A DNA stretch of 64,000 bases from positions 87,517 through 151,516 of the forward strand of contig CAKKQC010000007.1 in NCBI GenBank assembly GCA_919901855.1. Direction: 5' to 3'. The notes under the pieces are model-generated. The model saw only the letters and a list, made by a program, of their open reading frames with translations, searched no databases and was not told the origin of the DNA. Numbering within the stretch: the stretch's first letter is position 1; every line of letters starts with the position of its first letter. This DNA comes from a bacterium. GTDB lineage: Bacteria > Oederibacteriota > CAKKQC01. The position numbers and the translations under genes are program-made. Below are positions 53,047-61,678 of the stretch, in pieces.

Positions 53047-53053
53047 CTTACCC

Positions 53054-53090
53054 GACGCAGGTGGCCCCTTCCCAAGGGGTCACCTGCGTC
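53054..53090. terminator. Hairpin (15-bp stem with one mismatch, 7-nt loop) between convergent genes
   Basis: gacgcaggtggcccc-ttcccaa-ggggtcacctgcgtc. Confidence 0.4.
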
Positions 53091-53156
53091 GAGGCGTCGT
53101 CATCGACGCCCGATCGAAGTCCCCCTGCTTGGCCCGCTACCTTCGATGAGGCGTCG

Positions 53157-53921
53157 TCACCGACGCCCGTGGTCCCGGCGCCAGGCCTTGATCCGCTTCG
53201 CCGCGGCCGCGCGTCCGGACTGCTTCGCGACTTTCCGGCGGGGGGCGGTAACCGCGGTGCCGGCCTCGATCGGCTGGCCCTGCTGGATCTCGCTCTGCAC
53301 CAGCCGGTCCACGAACCGGTCGAGCCGGTCGCTCGACTTAGCCTGGGTAGTGATGCCCGTCGGCGGGATCGTGTAGGTCACCGGGCCGGTCGGCGTCGCG
53401 TACGCTGCCGTTGCGCCGATCGCGCCGGAAGACGCCGTCGCGACTCCGACCTGGCCAATGTGCCGGCCGATGGACCAGGCGATCCAGGTTTCGGCGGCCA
53501 GGCCCAGGAGTTCCGACCACGGCTGGGCGACGGTCTCGTCCGAGTCCGGACTTCCCCCGAGGTATCCGAAGAGCGTGCCGAGGCTGTCGAGCGTCTCGCG
53601 CAGCGGCGGCATGACGTTGACGACGGCGGCGACCGCCAGGAGGACGAGCATGACCCGCAGATTAACGACGAACCCGATGCTGAAATAGCGGTCCAGGATC
53701 GCGTGGCCGCCGGTCCCGCCGTTCCGGCGCCAGGCCCAGACGACCCCCGCGACGGTGATGACGAAGAGCAGGAAGACGACCGTCGCGGAATGGCTGGTGG
53801 CCGAGATGGACGAGAGAGTGACCAGGAGCATCCAGGCCAGCAGGTAGCGGAACCGGTCGGATTCAGACAGGCCTTCGCGCGCCAACTGTTCCTTGAGCGG
53901 ACGGACCCGGAGGAAATACAC
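53157..53921 (-). CDS. Hypothetical membrane protein (3-4 TM), GTG start
   Basis: Track ORF; LLAWMLLVTLSSISATSHSATVVFLLFVITVAGVVWAW. Confidence 0.55.
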   Translation of the reverse strand: MYFLRVRPLKEQLAREGLSESDRFRYLLAWMLLVTLSSISATSHSATVVFLLFVITVAGVVWAWRRNGGTGGHAILDRYFSIGFVVNLRVMLVLLAVAAVVNVMPPLRETLDSLGTLFGYLGGSPDSDETVAQPWSELLGLAAETWIAWSIGRHIGQVGVATASSGAIGATAAYATPTGPVTYTIPPTGITTQAKSSDRLDRFVDRLVQSEIQQGQPIEAGTAVTAPRRKVAKQSGRAAAAKRIKAWRRDHGRR

Positions 53922-54005
53922 GGTGGTTTATCTTATCAGGCCCTTGGCGCCCGGTGGTATAAGATAAGGCGAGAGACCCGAGAGGGAGCTGTAGGAGGAC
54001 AAGCC

Positions 54006-55034
54006 ATGAGGACGTTCCTGTTGACCGCCTTCGTCATCGTGTTCGCCGGCCGGACCGCGCTCGGGGATCCCGCGACGCCCGCGGTACCGGGCGGCGGGAA
54101 TCCAAACACCGACAACCCCAATGCCGCCACGCCGGCGGTGCCCGGCGGGGGTAACGACCAGGACAAGGACAAGCCCGCGACGACGCCCTCGGGGGTCACG
54201 CCCGGCCAGCCGGGCGGCGGGAACCCGAACAACGACAACCCGAACGCCGCGACACCTGCCCAAAAAGGCACGCCCGCGCCTGCGGCGACCCCGGCGCCGG
54301 CTCCTGCGCCGACCCCGATCCCGCGCCGCTCTCCGTCGTCGATGCCCGCGATCCGGACGACGCAGACCATCCCGCCCGGGGGCGCGCCGGCGCCGATGCC
54401 CGGTTATGCCGCGCCGGCCCCGGCCGCGTTGACTACTCCGTCCGTCTACGCCCAGCCGCCCGTCTACCCCCTGCTCCCGGGCACCGATGAGGTGGCACCG
54501 GGTCCCTCCGGGCCGCCGGTGCCGTGTCTCGCGATCCAGAGCACTATTCTCGCCTCGGGCGGGAAGTGGCTGCTGGTCCCCGTGCCGACCGCGGACCAGG
54601 TGCTCGTCATCGACGCGAAGCGGAACACGCTCATCACGCGGATCATGGTCGGGCCGGGCCCGGTGGCGGTCGCGGTTTCGCCGGACGGCAAGACCGCCTA
54701 CGTAGCCTGCTGGCACGCGGCCTCGGTCGCGGTCGTCAGCCTCGCGGACCTCAAGGTGACCGACACGATCCGGACCGGGCGCAACCCGTCCGCGCTCGTG
54801 GTCAGTCCCAACGGCAAGGAAGTCTGGGTCGCGGATGGCGGGGACAACACCCTGAGCATCATCGACGTCGGATTCCGCCGCGTGCTCGCCGTGGTGCCGG
54901 TCGGGCCCCTGCCGCAGGAGCTCACGGCGACGCCGGACGGCAAGACCCTGTTCGTGTCCAACGCGGGCGACGCGTCCGTGAGCGTCGTGGACATCGGAGC
55001 CCGCATGGTCACGACCGTCATCCGGGGACGTTAA
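54006..55034 (+). CDS. Secreted YVTN-family beta-propeller repeat protein with Pro/Asn-rich linker
   Basis: 3' part of track ORF 52023..55034 from ATG 54006 after ggagga; signal peptide MRTFLLTAFVIVFAGRTALG; duplicated GGGNPNTDNPNAATPA motif; repeats VAVSPDGKTAYVAC...SVAVVSLADLKV and VVSPNGKEVWVADGGDNTLSIID. Confidence 0.7.
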   Translation: MRTFLLTAFVIVFAGRTALGDPATPAVPGGGNPNTDNPNAATPAVPGGGNDQDKDKPATTPSGVTPGQPGGGNPNNDNPNAATPAQKGTPAPAATPAPAPAPTPIPRRSPSSMPAIRTTQTIPPGGAPAPMPGYAAPAPAALTTPSVYAQPPVYPLLPGTDEVAPGPSGPPVPCLAIQSTILASGGKWLLVPVPTADQVLVIDAKRNTLITRIMVGPGPVAVAVSPDGKTAYVACWHAASVAVVSLADLKVTDTIRTGRNPSALVVSPNGKEVWVADGGDNTLSIIDVGFRRVLAVVPVGPLPQELTATPDGKTLFVSNAGDASVSVVDIGARMVTTVIRGR

Positions 55035-55064
55035 ACCCAATAGCAGGGCAAAGCTGAAGGGCCG

Positions 55065-55589
55065 GTGGGCGACCTCCTGGTTCGTCCGGCCGGCCCGGTT
55101 GACGCGGTCGCGATCAACGCGATCTACAACCACTGGGTTCTGACCTCGACTGCTACCTACCAGACCGAGCCTTCGGGGCTCGAGGAGACCCGGACGCAAC
55201 TGGCGTCGCACGGCCCACTGCATCCCATGATCGTGGCCGTCCTGGACGGGACCGCCCGGGGCGGCGAGGTCGTGGGGTGGGGGTCCCTCTCGCCATTCCA
55301 CGGCCGCGAGGCCTACGCGCGCACGGTCGAGAACTCGGTCTACGTCCACCCCGAGCGCCTGCGCCGGGGGATCGGTTCCGCCCTGCTCGCCCGGCTGATC
55401 TCGCTCGGGAGCGTTGCCGGCCACCGCGTCATCGTGGCCCGGATCGACGCGGAGCAGGTTCCCAGCCTCGCGCTGCACGCCAAACACGGGTTCACGCGCG
55501 CCGGCGAGCTCCGGCAGGTGGGGTACAAGTTCGACCGCTGGCTCGACGTGATCTACATGCAGAGGAACCTGCGCGAGGACGGACGGTGA
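55065..55589 (+). CDS. GNAT-family N-acetyltransferase (PAT/MnaT-like)
   Basis: Track ORF, GTG start; RRGIGSALLARLISLGSVAGHRVIVARI. Confidence 0.75.
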   Translation: MGDLLVRPAGPVDAVAINAIYNHWVLTSTATYQTEPSGLEETRTQLASHGPLHPMIVAVLDGTARGGEVVGWGSLSPFHGREAYARTVENSVYVHPERLRRGIGSALLARLISLGSVAGHRVIVARIDAEQVPSLALHAKHGFTRAGELRQVGYKFDRWLDVIYMQRNLREDGR

Positions 55590-56557
55590 GGACGCGGCGG
55601 CCGGGACGGACGGGGCTCGACCAGTCGGTGCTGGGTCTCGGCGGCCACGAGTTCCTGCCCGACGGACGGTCCCGCGGGTTCAACGAGGACTACGGACGCG
55701 CCACGAGCGCGGGGGTGATCTTCCCCGGGTTCGGGGGGGAGCGGCGGCGGGGCGTGGTGGCGGCCGCGCACGCGGCGGGGATCAACTTCTTCGATGTCAC
55801 CATCGACTCCGAGAAGGAGGCGCTCGGCCGCAACCTGCGCGAGTGTCCGCCGCCACGCGAGATCGCGGTCCAGACCCGGCCCGAGGGCATGGTCTACACG
55901 AACAATCCAGACGATGCGCACAACTGGCGGATGGCGGACCTCGGGCTCCTCCGGGACGAGGTGCGCCGCGGCCTCGGCCTCCTCGGGCGGCCGCGCGTGG
56001 ACTTCCTGAACCTCGGGTTCATGGGGTCCGCGGTGGAGCACGACCCCGGCTACCTGGCGAAGATCGTCCGCAACGTCCGGGCTCTCAAGGACGATGGGCT
56101 GATCCGGTTCGCCTGCGCGGACACCTTCTCGGGCGAATGGCTCTACGAGCGCCAGATCGGGACGGGGGCCTTCGACGGGATCTTCATCAACTTAAACCTC
56201 GCCGACGACGGGCCGGCGCGCCGGATCCTTCCGCTGGCCGCCGACCTCGGGCTATCCGTGCATTGCCGCGAGGCCTTCCTCAAGGGCGAGCTCTTCCGGC
56301 TGGGAGAGGCGGCGGGGGTGACGGACCGCGCCGCGCTGGCGCGGGCGGCGCTCCGGTGGGTTCTCGCCCACCCCCAGGTCACCACCGTCGTGGTCGGGGC
56401 GGACAATGCGGCCCAGCTCGAGGCGGCGGTCGCCGCAGCGGAACAGCCGGAGCTCGACGACCAGGATCGCGGACTCCTCGACCGGGTCCGGGCCACCGGG
56501 GCGTTCCGCGACGTCCAGGACGGGAAACGCAGGGCGTTCGGCACGTATACTGCCTGA
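55586..56557 (+). CDS. Aldo/keto reductase family oxidoreductase
   Basis: 3' part of track ORF 55277..56557 from GTG 55586 overlapping the GNAT stop (GTGA); N-terminus RTRRPGRTGLDQSVLGLGGHEF; C-terminus AALRWVLAHPQVTTVVVGADNAAQLEAAV. Confidence 0.7.
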   Translation: MRTRRPGRTGLDQSVLGLGGHEFLPDGRSRGFNEDYGRATSAGVIFPGFGGERRRGVVAAAHAAGINFFDVTIDSEKEALGRNLRECPPPREIAVQTRPEGMVYTNNPDDAHNWRMADLGLLRDEVRRGLGLLGRPRVDFLNLGFMGSAVEHDPGYLAKIVRNVRALKDDGLIRFACADTFSGEWLYERQIGTGAFDGIFINLNLADDGPARRILPLAADLGLSVHCREAFLKGELFRLGEAAGVTDRAALARAALRWVLAHPQVTTVVVGADNAAQLEAAVAAAEQPELDDQDRGLLDRVRATGAFRDVQDGKRRAFGTYTA

Positions 56558-56566
56558 TGGAGGTAC

Positions 56567-57010
56567 GTGACCCATGACGACTGCGCTGGAGGAATCCTGG
56601 ACCCCGCCGGCCTGAGCATAGATCCGGAATCGCCGGAGGGGGTCAACCGGCGTGCGTCACCGCGTCGCCCGGTCCGGATCGCGGGCACGGCGTGGATCGT
56701 CGCGCGCGTGGTCGCCCCGCCCTTCAAGGTCGAGGCAACCGATGTCAGCGCCGGCGGGATGATGCTCCACGGCACCTCGCGCGCCTTCCCCGAGCTGGAG
56801 CCCGGCGACGAGTTCATGATCGGGTTCCCGGTCGAGCACTCCAAGGAGGACGTCAGCGTGCGGGGCAGGCTGGCGTGGAAGCGGATGGGGTTGATGACCC
56901 TGCTCGGGGACTGGTCCTTCGGCATCCGGTTCCACGACACGCCCGAGTCCGTGATCCTCAAGCTCCTCGACGTGGCCGCGCGCCAGCGGGAGAGTCCCCA
57001 AAAGCCCTGA
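56567..57010 (+). CDS. PilZ-domain (c-di-GMP-binding) protein
   Basis: Track ORF, GTG start after ggagg; RRASPRRPVRI (RxxxR) and DVSAGGMMLHG (D.S.GG). Confidence 0.6.
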   Translation: MTHDDCAGGILDPAGLSIDPESPEGVNRRASPRRPVRIAGTAWIVARVVAPPFKVEATDVSAGGMMLHGTSRAFPELEPGDEFMIGFPVEHSKEDVSVRGRLAWKRMGLMTLLGDWSFGIRFHDTPESVILKLLDVAARQRESPQKP

Positions 57011-57042
57011 CGGGGCCGCCGTCTGCGGCGGAGGCGCCCGAA

Positions 57043-58695
57043 TTGAACGCGGACGCGCGGGGGGCGTACAATCCCGACGCAATGACCGCCACCGCCCGCG
57101 CCCTGCCGCCCCTCGACCGCCCGCTCTTGTGGGGCCGCCTCTACCGGGAGGCCGAGCTCCTGAAGGCCGCGCTTCGCGTCTACACCAAGCCCCTGTTCGC
57201 GTGGCGCAAGGCCCTCGCGGTCTCGACCGACGACCGCACGCTCTACGACTTCGCGCGCTCGGGTTTGAAGCATCTCGACCGCATGCACGGCGAGCTCGCG
57301 CGCGGCGAGTTCCGGTTCCGGCCGGGGCTGGCGCTTACGTTCAACTTCAACGGCAAGCGTCGAACCCTGCACATCTACCCGTGGGAGGAGCGGGTCGTGG
57401 ACCTCCTGCTGTACCGGCTGCTCACCCGGTCCCTGCACGGCTGGCTCTCGCCCCACGCGTGGGCCTACCGGATCACGGGGTTCGGCGTGGACCGGTGCCA
57501 GCGCGGAGTGGCGAAGGCCCTTCAGCGGGGCGGAGGACCCCGGTACGTGGTCAAGCGGGACATCACGGAGTATTTCGCGTCCGTGGACCACGGGATTCTG
57601 CTGGAGCAGGTCGGCTCGCTGGTGGCGCCTGGCGACCCGCTCATGCGCCTGCTCGAATCCCGGGTGCGGTTCCAGTACCGGCGCGACGGCGAGACGCTGA
57701 CCGCGGACCGCGGCATCCCGTTCGGGACCGCGGTCGCGTGCGCGTTCGCGAACATCCACTTGACGGGGCTGGACCGCGACCTGGCCGCGATCCCGGGGAT
57801 CGCGTACTTCCGGTACGCGGACGACATACTCGTCGTGACGCCGGATGGCCCGGCGGCGCGCCGGGCGGCGTCGGTTATCGACGACGCGCTAGCCTCCCTG
57901 CGATTGACCGACAAGGCAAGTCACCGGCACGACTACTATTTCGCCGCGCCCCCGGGTCCGAGGACGGACCCGCCGCGCGAAGCCTTCGGCTTCGCGGGGG
58001 TTTCGCGGTTCAGGCATTTGGGATTGGAGTACCGCGCGGACGGGTCGATCGGGCTCTCGCGCGACAAGTTCCGGAAGATCATGAACCTGTTCCGGTACGC
58101 GTTCCGGCGCAAGGCGAAGCGGCTCGCGCGGATGAAGGACCCGGAGGCGCGGGCGCGCACCGCGGTCGAGCTCGCACGCCAGGTGCTCGAGAACGGAATG
58201 CGGAACATCGCGATCGTGGACTACTACCTCAAGCACGTGACCGACGAGGCCCAGCTCGGCCTGCTCGACCGCTGGCTGGCCGAGGAGGTTCTCGCGATCG
58301 CGACCGGCCGGGGCCACCGGAAGGGCAACTTCCGCGTTATTTCCTACGGGCGCCTGCGGGCCCTGGGTCTGCCGTCGCTCGTGCATCGGCGCCGGCTCAT
58401 TCGGCACGGTCACCTGGATTCGTCGTTCTTCATATGGAAGATTCAGCAGGCCCGGCGCGCGGCCGGACGAACGGAGGGGACGGCTGCCACCCCCGGAAAG
58501 GGCCCGCAAGGGCCGCTTCGCCGGGGATTCTCTCCAAGCCCAGAAGCAGCGGCAATTGAAACGCCCGTGGGAGAGGGCGCCGCCTGTCGATGGGTGTCAT
58601 TGAAGAATGCTGCCGCTACGCGGCAGCATTCGTTTCCCAAGCCGTCCTTTCCATTGGTCACGGCCGCGCACACCAGTCAGGAGGATCCGAGGTGA
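57043..58695 (+). CDS. Standalone reverse transcriptase (group-II-intron-like / retron-like lineage, with thumb/maturase-like extension), no intron RNA context
   Basis: 3' part of track ORF 56692..58695. Start is either TTG 57043 (GGAGG 8 nt upstream) or ATG 57082. Motifs FRFRPGLALTFNFNGKRRTLHIYPWEERVVDLLL (1-2), VVKRDITEYFASVDH (A), GIPFGTAVACAFANIHL (B), YFRYADDILVV (C, YADD), NIAIVDYYLKH...LDRWLAEEVL (thumb). The upstream flank is PilZ coding sequence, so intron domains I-III are impossible. Confidence 0.75.
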   Translation: MNADARGAYNPDAMTATARALPPLDRPLLWGRLYREAELLKAALRVYTKPLFAWRKALAVSTDDRTLYDFARSGLKHLDRMHGELARGEFRFRPGLALTFNFNGKRRTLHIYPWEERVVDLLLYRLLTRSLHGWLSPHAWAYRITGFGVDRCQRGVAKALQRGGGPRYVVKRDITEYFASVDHGILLEQVGSLVAPGDPLMRLLESRVRFQYRRDGETLTADRGIPFGTAVACAFANIHLTGLDRDLAAIPGIAYFRYADDILVVTPDGPAARRAASVIDDALASLRLTDKASHRHDYYFAAPPGPRTDPPREAFGFAGVSRFRHLGLEYRADGSIGLSRDKFRKIMNLFRYAFRRKAKRLARMKDPEARARTAVELARQVLENGMRNIAIVDYYLKHVTDEAQLGLLDRWLAEEVLAIATGRGHRKGNFRVISYGRLRALGLPSLVHRRRLIRHGHLDSSFFIWKIQQARRAAGRTEGTAATPGKGPQGPLRRGFSPSPEAAAIETPVGEGAACRWVSLKNAAATRQHSFPKPSFPLVTAAHTSQEDPR

Positions 58696-59396
58696 AGATC
58701 ATCGATTGTCCGTACTGCAACCAGCCGGGGGCGGAGAAAAGCCTGTTCAAGACCCGGTGTCCGAACCCCGCGTGCCCGGCGTATGACCCTGAGATGAGGG
58801 GCGGGCTCTCCGTGAACCGGTCGACGACGGAGGCGCGGACCGAGATGCCGGCCCGCCCCGTGTCTCCGGAGTCCGCGCAGCCGAAGCCGGGCGAGCTCCT
58901 GCCGCAGGCGGGCGAGGGTGCCCCCGGCCGGCCGGAGTCCGACCGCAAGACCGTGGAGGTGAAGGCGAAGGGGGGCGGTTGCGGCGGAGCGCTCCTCCTC
59001 TGGGTCGCCGCCTACTTCGCGTTCCGTTATGCGCTTCGCCACGGCTCCTACTGGTGGGGGCTCGTCGCCTTCTTCGTGTTCCTCGCGTGGAGCAAGTCGC
59101 GCCAGGAGACGGCCCGCGCGGCCCGGCGCCCCGCGGCGACGCGCGAGATCGATAAGGAGACGGGTAAGCCCGTCATCGTTTACGAGGAGCCGTTCGACGC
59201 CGGTGGCGAGCACGGGGTCGAGATCCGGTACAAGAACTGGAAGGGCGAGACCAAGACCTTCGTCGGCGACCGGCGGACGATGCGGCGCCGCGGCCGCCAT
59301 CTGTCCCTGCGCGTCGCGCCCAATGGCGTCCGGATCGCGCTCGCGCTCGACCGGATCCAGAATCTGCCCGAGGCGGAGGCCGCAACCCCGAAATGA
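58692..59396 (+). CDS. Zinc-ribbon / 2-TM membrane protein with C-terminal PH- or WYL-like domain, translationally coupled to the RT
   Basis: 3' part of track ORF 58590..59396 from GTG 58692 (overlaps the RT stop; aggagga 6 nt upstream); CPYCNQPG...CPNPACPAY; [18 protein letters not shown] and [13 protein letters not shown]; C-terminus [23 protein letters not shown]. Confidence 0.6.
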   Translation: MKIIDCPYCNQPGAEKSLFKTRCPNPACPAYDPEMRGGLSVNRSTTEARTEMPARPVSPESAQPKPGELLPQAGEGAPGRPESDRKTVEVKAKGGGCGGALLLWVAAYFAFRYALRHGSYWWGLVAFFVFLAWSKSRQETARAARRPAATREIDKETGKPVIVYEEPFDAGGEHGVEIRYKNWKGETKTFVGDRRTMRRRGRHLSLRVAPNGVRIALALDRIQNLPEAEAATPK

Positions 59397-61678
59397 AGCT
59401 CTGGTACCGCGAGCCGGCGGCGGCGTGGTTGCACGCGCTGCCCGTGGGGAACGGACGGCTCGGGGCCATGGTCTTCGGCGGCACGCGCGAGGAGCGGCTC
59501 CAGCTCAACGAGCTCTCGCTCTGGGCGGGAGCCCCTGGCGATTGCGCGAATCCCGAGGCGCTCGCCCACCTGCCCGAGGTCCGGAAGCTGGTCTTCGCGG
59601 GGCGGTACGCGGAGGCGGAGGCGCTCTGCGACCGGTTCCTACTGGGCTCCCCGAACGCCGTCCGGCCGTACCAGGCCCTGGGCGATCTGCGGCTAGTCTT
59701 CGACGGCGTGGGAGAGGCGGACGGCTACCGGCGCGAACTCGACATCGAGACAGCGATGGCGAGGGTCATCTTCACCTCGGGGGGCGTGGGTCACCGGCGG
59801 GACGTCTTCGCGAGCTTCCCCGACCAGGTGATCGTCGTCCGGCTCGAGGCCTCGGGACCCGGCGGACTCTCGTTCACGGCCGCAATCTCGCGGGAGGCGG
59901 ACGCCGCGATGATACCGGCCGGCACGGACCTCGCGCTGACGGGGGCTTGCGACGGCGGGCAGGGACTCGCCTTTGAGGCGCGCGTCCGGTGCGTCGCCGA
60001 GGGGGGCACCGTGTCGGTGGGATCATCCGGGCTCCGCGTCGAGGGCGCGAGGGCCGCCACCCTCCTCATCGCGGCGGCCACGGCGTGGGACGGGAGGAAC
60101 CCCGGCGCCGAGTGCGCCGCGGCGCTCGACCGGGCGTCTGCGAAGTCCTTCGAGGACCTGCTCGCGGCCCATGCGACCGACCACCTCGCGCTCTTCGGCC
60201 GGGTCTCGCTGGACCTGGGCGGCGCCGCGGGGGGGGACCTCCCGACAGACGAACGGCTGGTCCGGGTGGGGCGCGGTGAGCCCGACCCCGATCTCGAGGC
60301 CACGCTGTTCCAGTACGGCCGGTACCTGCTCATCGCCTCCTCCCGGCCGGGCGGACTCCCGGCCACGCTACAGGGCCTCTGGAACGACTCGCTGACCCCC
60401 GCCTGGGACTGCGACTGGCACCTGAACATCAATCTCGAGATGAACTACTGGCCGGCCGAGCCGTGCGCCCTGCCCGAGTGCGCTGAGCCCCTGCTCGCCC
60501 TCGTCGAGTCCCTGCGCGAGTCCGGCCGCCGCACGGCCCGCGTCCACTACGGCTGCGGCGGGTTCGTGGTCCACCATCTCACCGACCTCTGGGGATTCAC
60601 GGTGCCCGCGAACGCGTCGAAGTACGGGCTATGGCCGATGGGCGCGGCGTGGTTATGCCGGCACCTATGGGACCGCTGGGATTACGGCCGGGACCCCGCG
60701 GGCCTGGCCCGACTATACCCGGTGATGAAGGAGGCCGCGGACTTCTTCCTCGACTTCCTGGTCGAGGACCCCGAGGGCCGCCTCGTGACCTGCCCGTCGA
60801 TGTCGCCGGAGAACGTGTTCCGGACCGCCGACGGCCAGGTTGCTTCCGTGTGCGCGGCACCTGCGATGGACGTCCAGCTCATCGACGACCTCCTGGCCCG
60901 CGTCGCCGACGCCTCCGAGATTCTCGGGGTCGACGAGGACTACCGGGAGCGCGTGCTCGGCGTGCGCGCCCGCCTCCCCGGGATGCGCATCGGGCGGCAC
61001 GGCCAGCTCCAGGAGTGGGCCGAGGACTTCGAGGAGGTGGAGCCCGGCCACCGCCACGTGTCGCATCTGTGGGCCGTCTATCCCGGCGACGGGATCACCC
61101 CGCGGGCCGCGCCCGAGCTGGCGACGGCGGCCCGGCGGTCGCTCGAGCGCCGGCTCGCGCACGGCGGGGGCGGGACCGGGTGGAGCCGCGCCTGGGTCGT
61201 CGCGCTCTGGGCGCGGTTCGGCGAGGGCGCCTTCGCGCACGCGAGCATCCTCGAACTCCTGCGCCACAGCGTCGAGCGGAACCTGTTCGACCTGCATCCG
61301 CCGCATATCTTCCAGATCGACGGGAACTTCGGGGTGTCGGCTGCGATGGCCGAGATGCTCCTGCAGTCCCACGGCGGGGACCTCATCTTCCTCCCGGCCC
61401 TTCCCCCGGCCTGGCCCGACGGCCGCGTCACCGGGCTGCGCGCCCGCGGCGGGTTCACCGTGGACCTGGACTGGTCCGCGGGAGTGCTCACGCGCGCGAT
61501 TGTGCGGGCGAGCGTGCCCCTCGTCTGCCGCGTCCGGTCCGCCGTGCCCCTCGGGTTCGCCCCGGGTCCGGCCTCGGACCCGGGGGCACAGGACGCGCCC
61601 GTGGCCGACACCCCGGAGCCCGGGGTTTTCGAGTTCGAAGCCGAATCCGGCGGCGTCTACGAATTGGTTCCGGGATGA
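59393..61678 (+). CDS. GH95 alpha-L-fucosidase
   Basis: Track ORF; [30 protein letters not shown]...[11 protein letters not shown]95 N-terminal signature; ATG overlaps the previous stop (ATGA). Confidence 0.85.
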   Translation: MKLWYREPAAAWLHALPVGNGRLGAMVFGGTREERLQLNELSLWAGAPGDCANPEALAHLPEVRKLVFAGRYAEAEALCDRFLLGSPNAVRPYQALGDLRLVFDGVGEADGYRRELDIETAMARVIFTSGGVGHRRDVFASFPDQVIVVRLEASGPGGLSFTAAISREADAAMIPAGTDLALTGACDGGQGLAFEARVRCVAEGGTVSVGSSGLRVEGARAATLLIAAATAWDGRNPGAECAAALDRASAKSFEDLLAAHATDHLALFGRVSLDLGGAAGGDLPTDERLVRVGRGEPDPDLEATLFQYGRYLLIASSRPGGLPATLQGLWNDSLTPAWDCDWHLNINLEMNYWPAEPCALPECAEPLLALVESLRESGRRTARVHYGCGGFVVHHLTDLWGFTVPANASKYGLWPMGAAWLCRHLWDRWDYGRDPAGLARLYPVMKEAADFFLDFLVEDPEGRLVTCPSMSPENVFRTADGQVASVCAAPAMDVQLIDDLLARVADASEILGVDEDYRERVLGVRARLPGMRIGRHGQLQEWAEDFEEVEPGHRHVSHLWAVYPGDGITPRAAPELATAARRSLERRLAHGGGGTGWSRAWVVALWARFGEGAFAHASILELLRHSVERNLFDLHPPHIFQIDGNFGVSAAMAEMLLQSHGGDLIFLPALPPAWPDGRVTGLRARGGFTVDLDWSAGVLTRAIVRASVPLVCRVRSAVPLGFAPGPASDPGAQDAPVADTPEPGVFEFEAESGGVYELVPG

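Noticed and set aside
52023-54005. 5' two-thirds of track ORF 52023..55034 (+), ORF 51787..52947 (-) and ORF 53928..55487 (-)
   Set aside because: Arg/Gly/Asp-rich translations overlapping real genes in other frames. The true YVTN gene starts at ATG 54006 after a GGAGGA RBS.
55277-57081. 5' parts of track ORFs 55277..56557 and 56692..58695, and ORF 56143..57759 (-)
   Set aside because: They overlap the GNAT and PilZ genes in other frames. The real AKR and RT genes start at 55586 and 57043/57082 respectively.
57082-58695. Possibility that the RT is the intron-encoded protein of a group II intron or a retron RT
   Set aside because: Immediately upstream is PilZ coding sequence and downstream is a translationally coupled ORF. 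This leaves no room for intron domains I-III / V-VI or a retron msr/msd. It is therefore treated as a standalone group-II-like RT.
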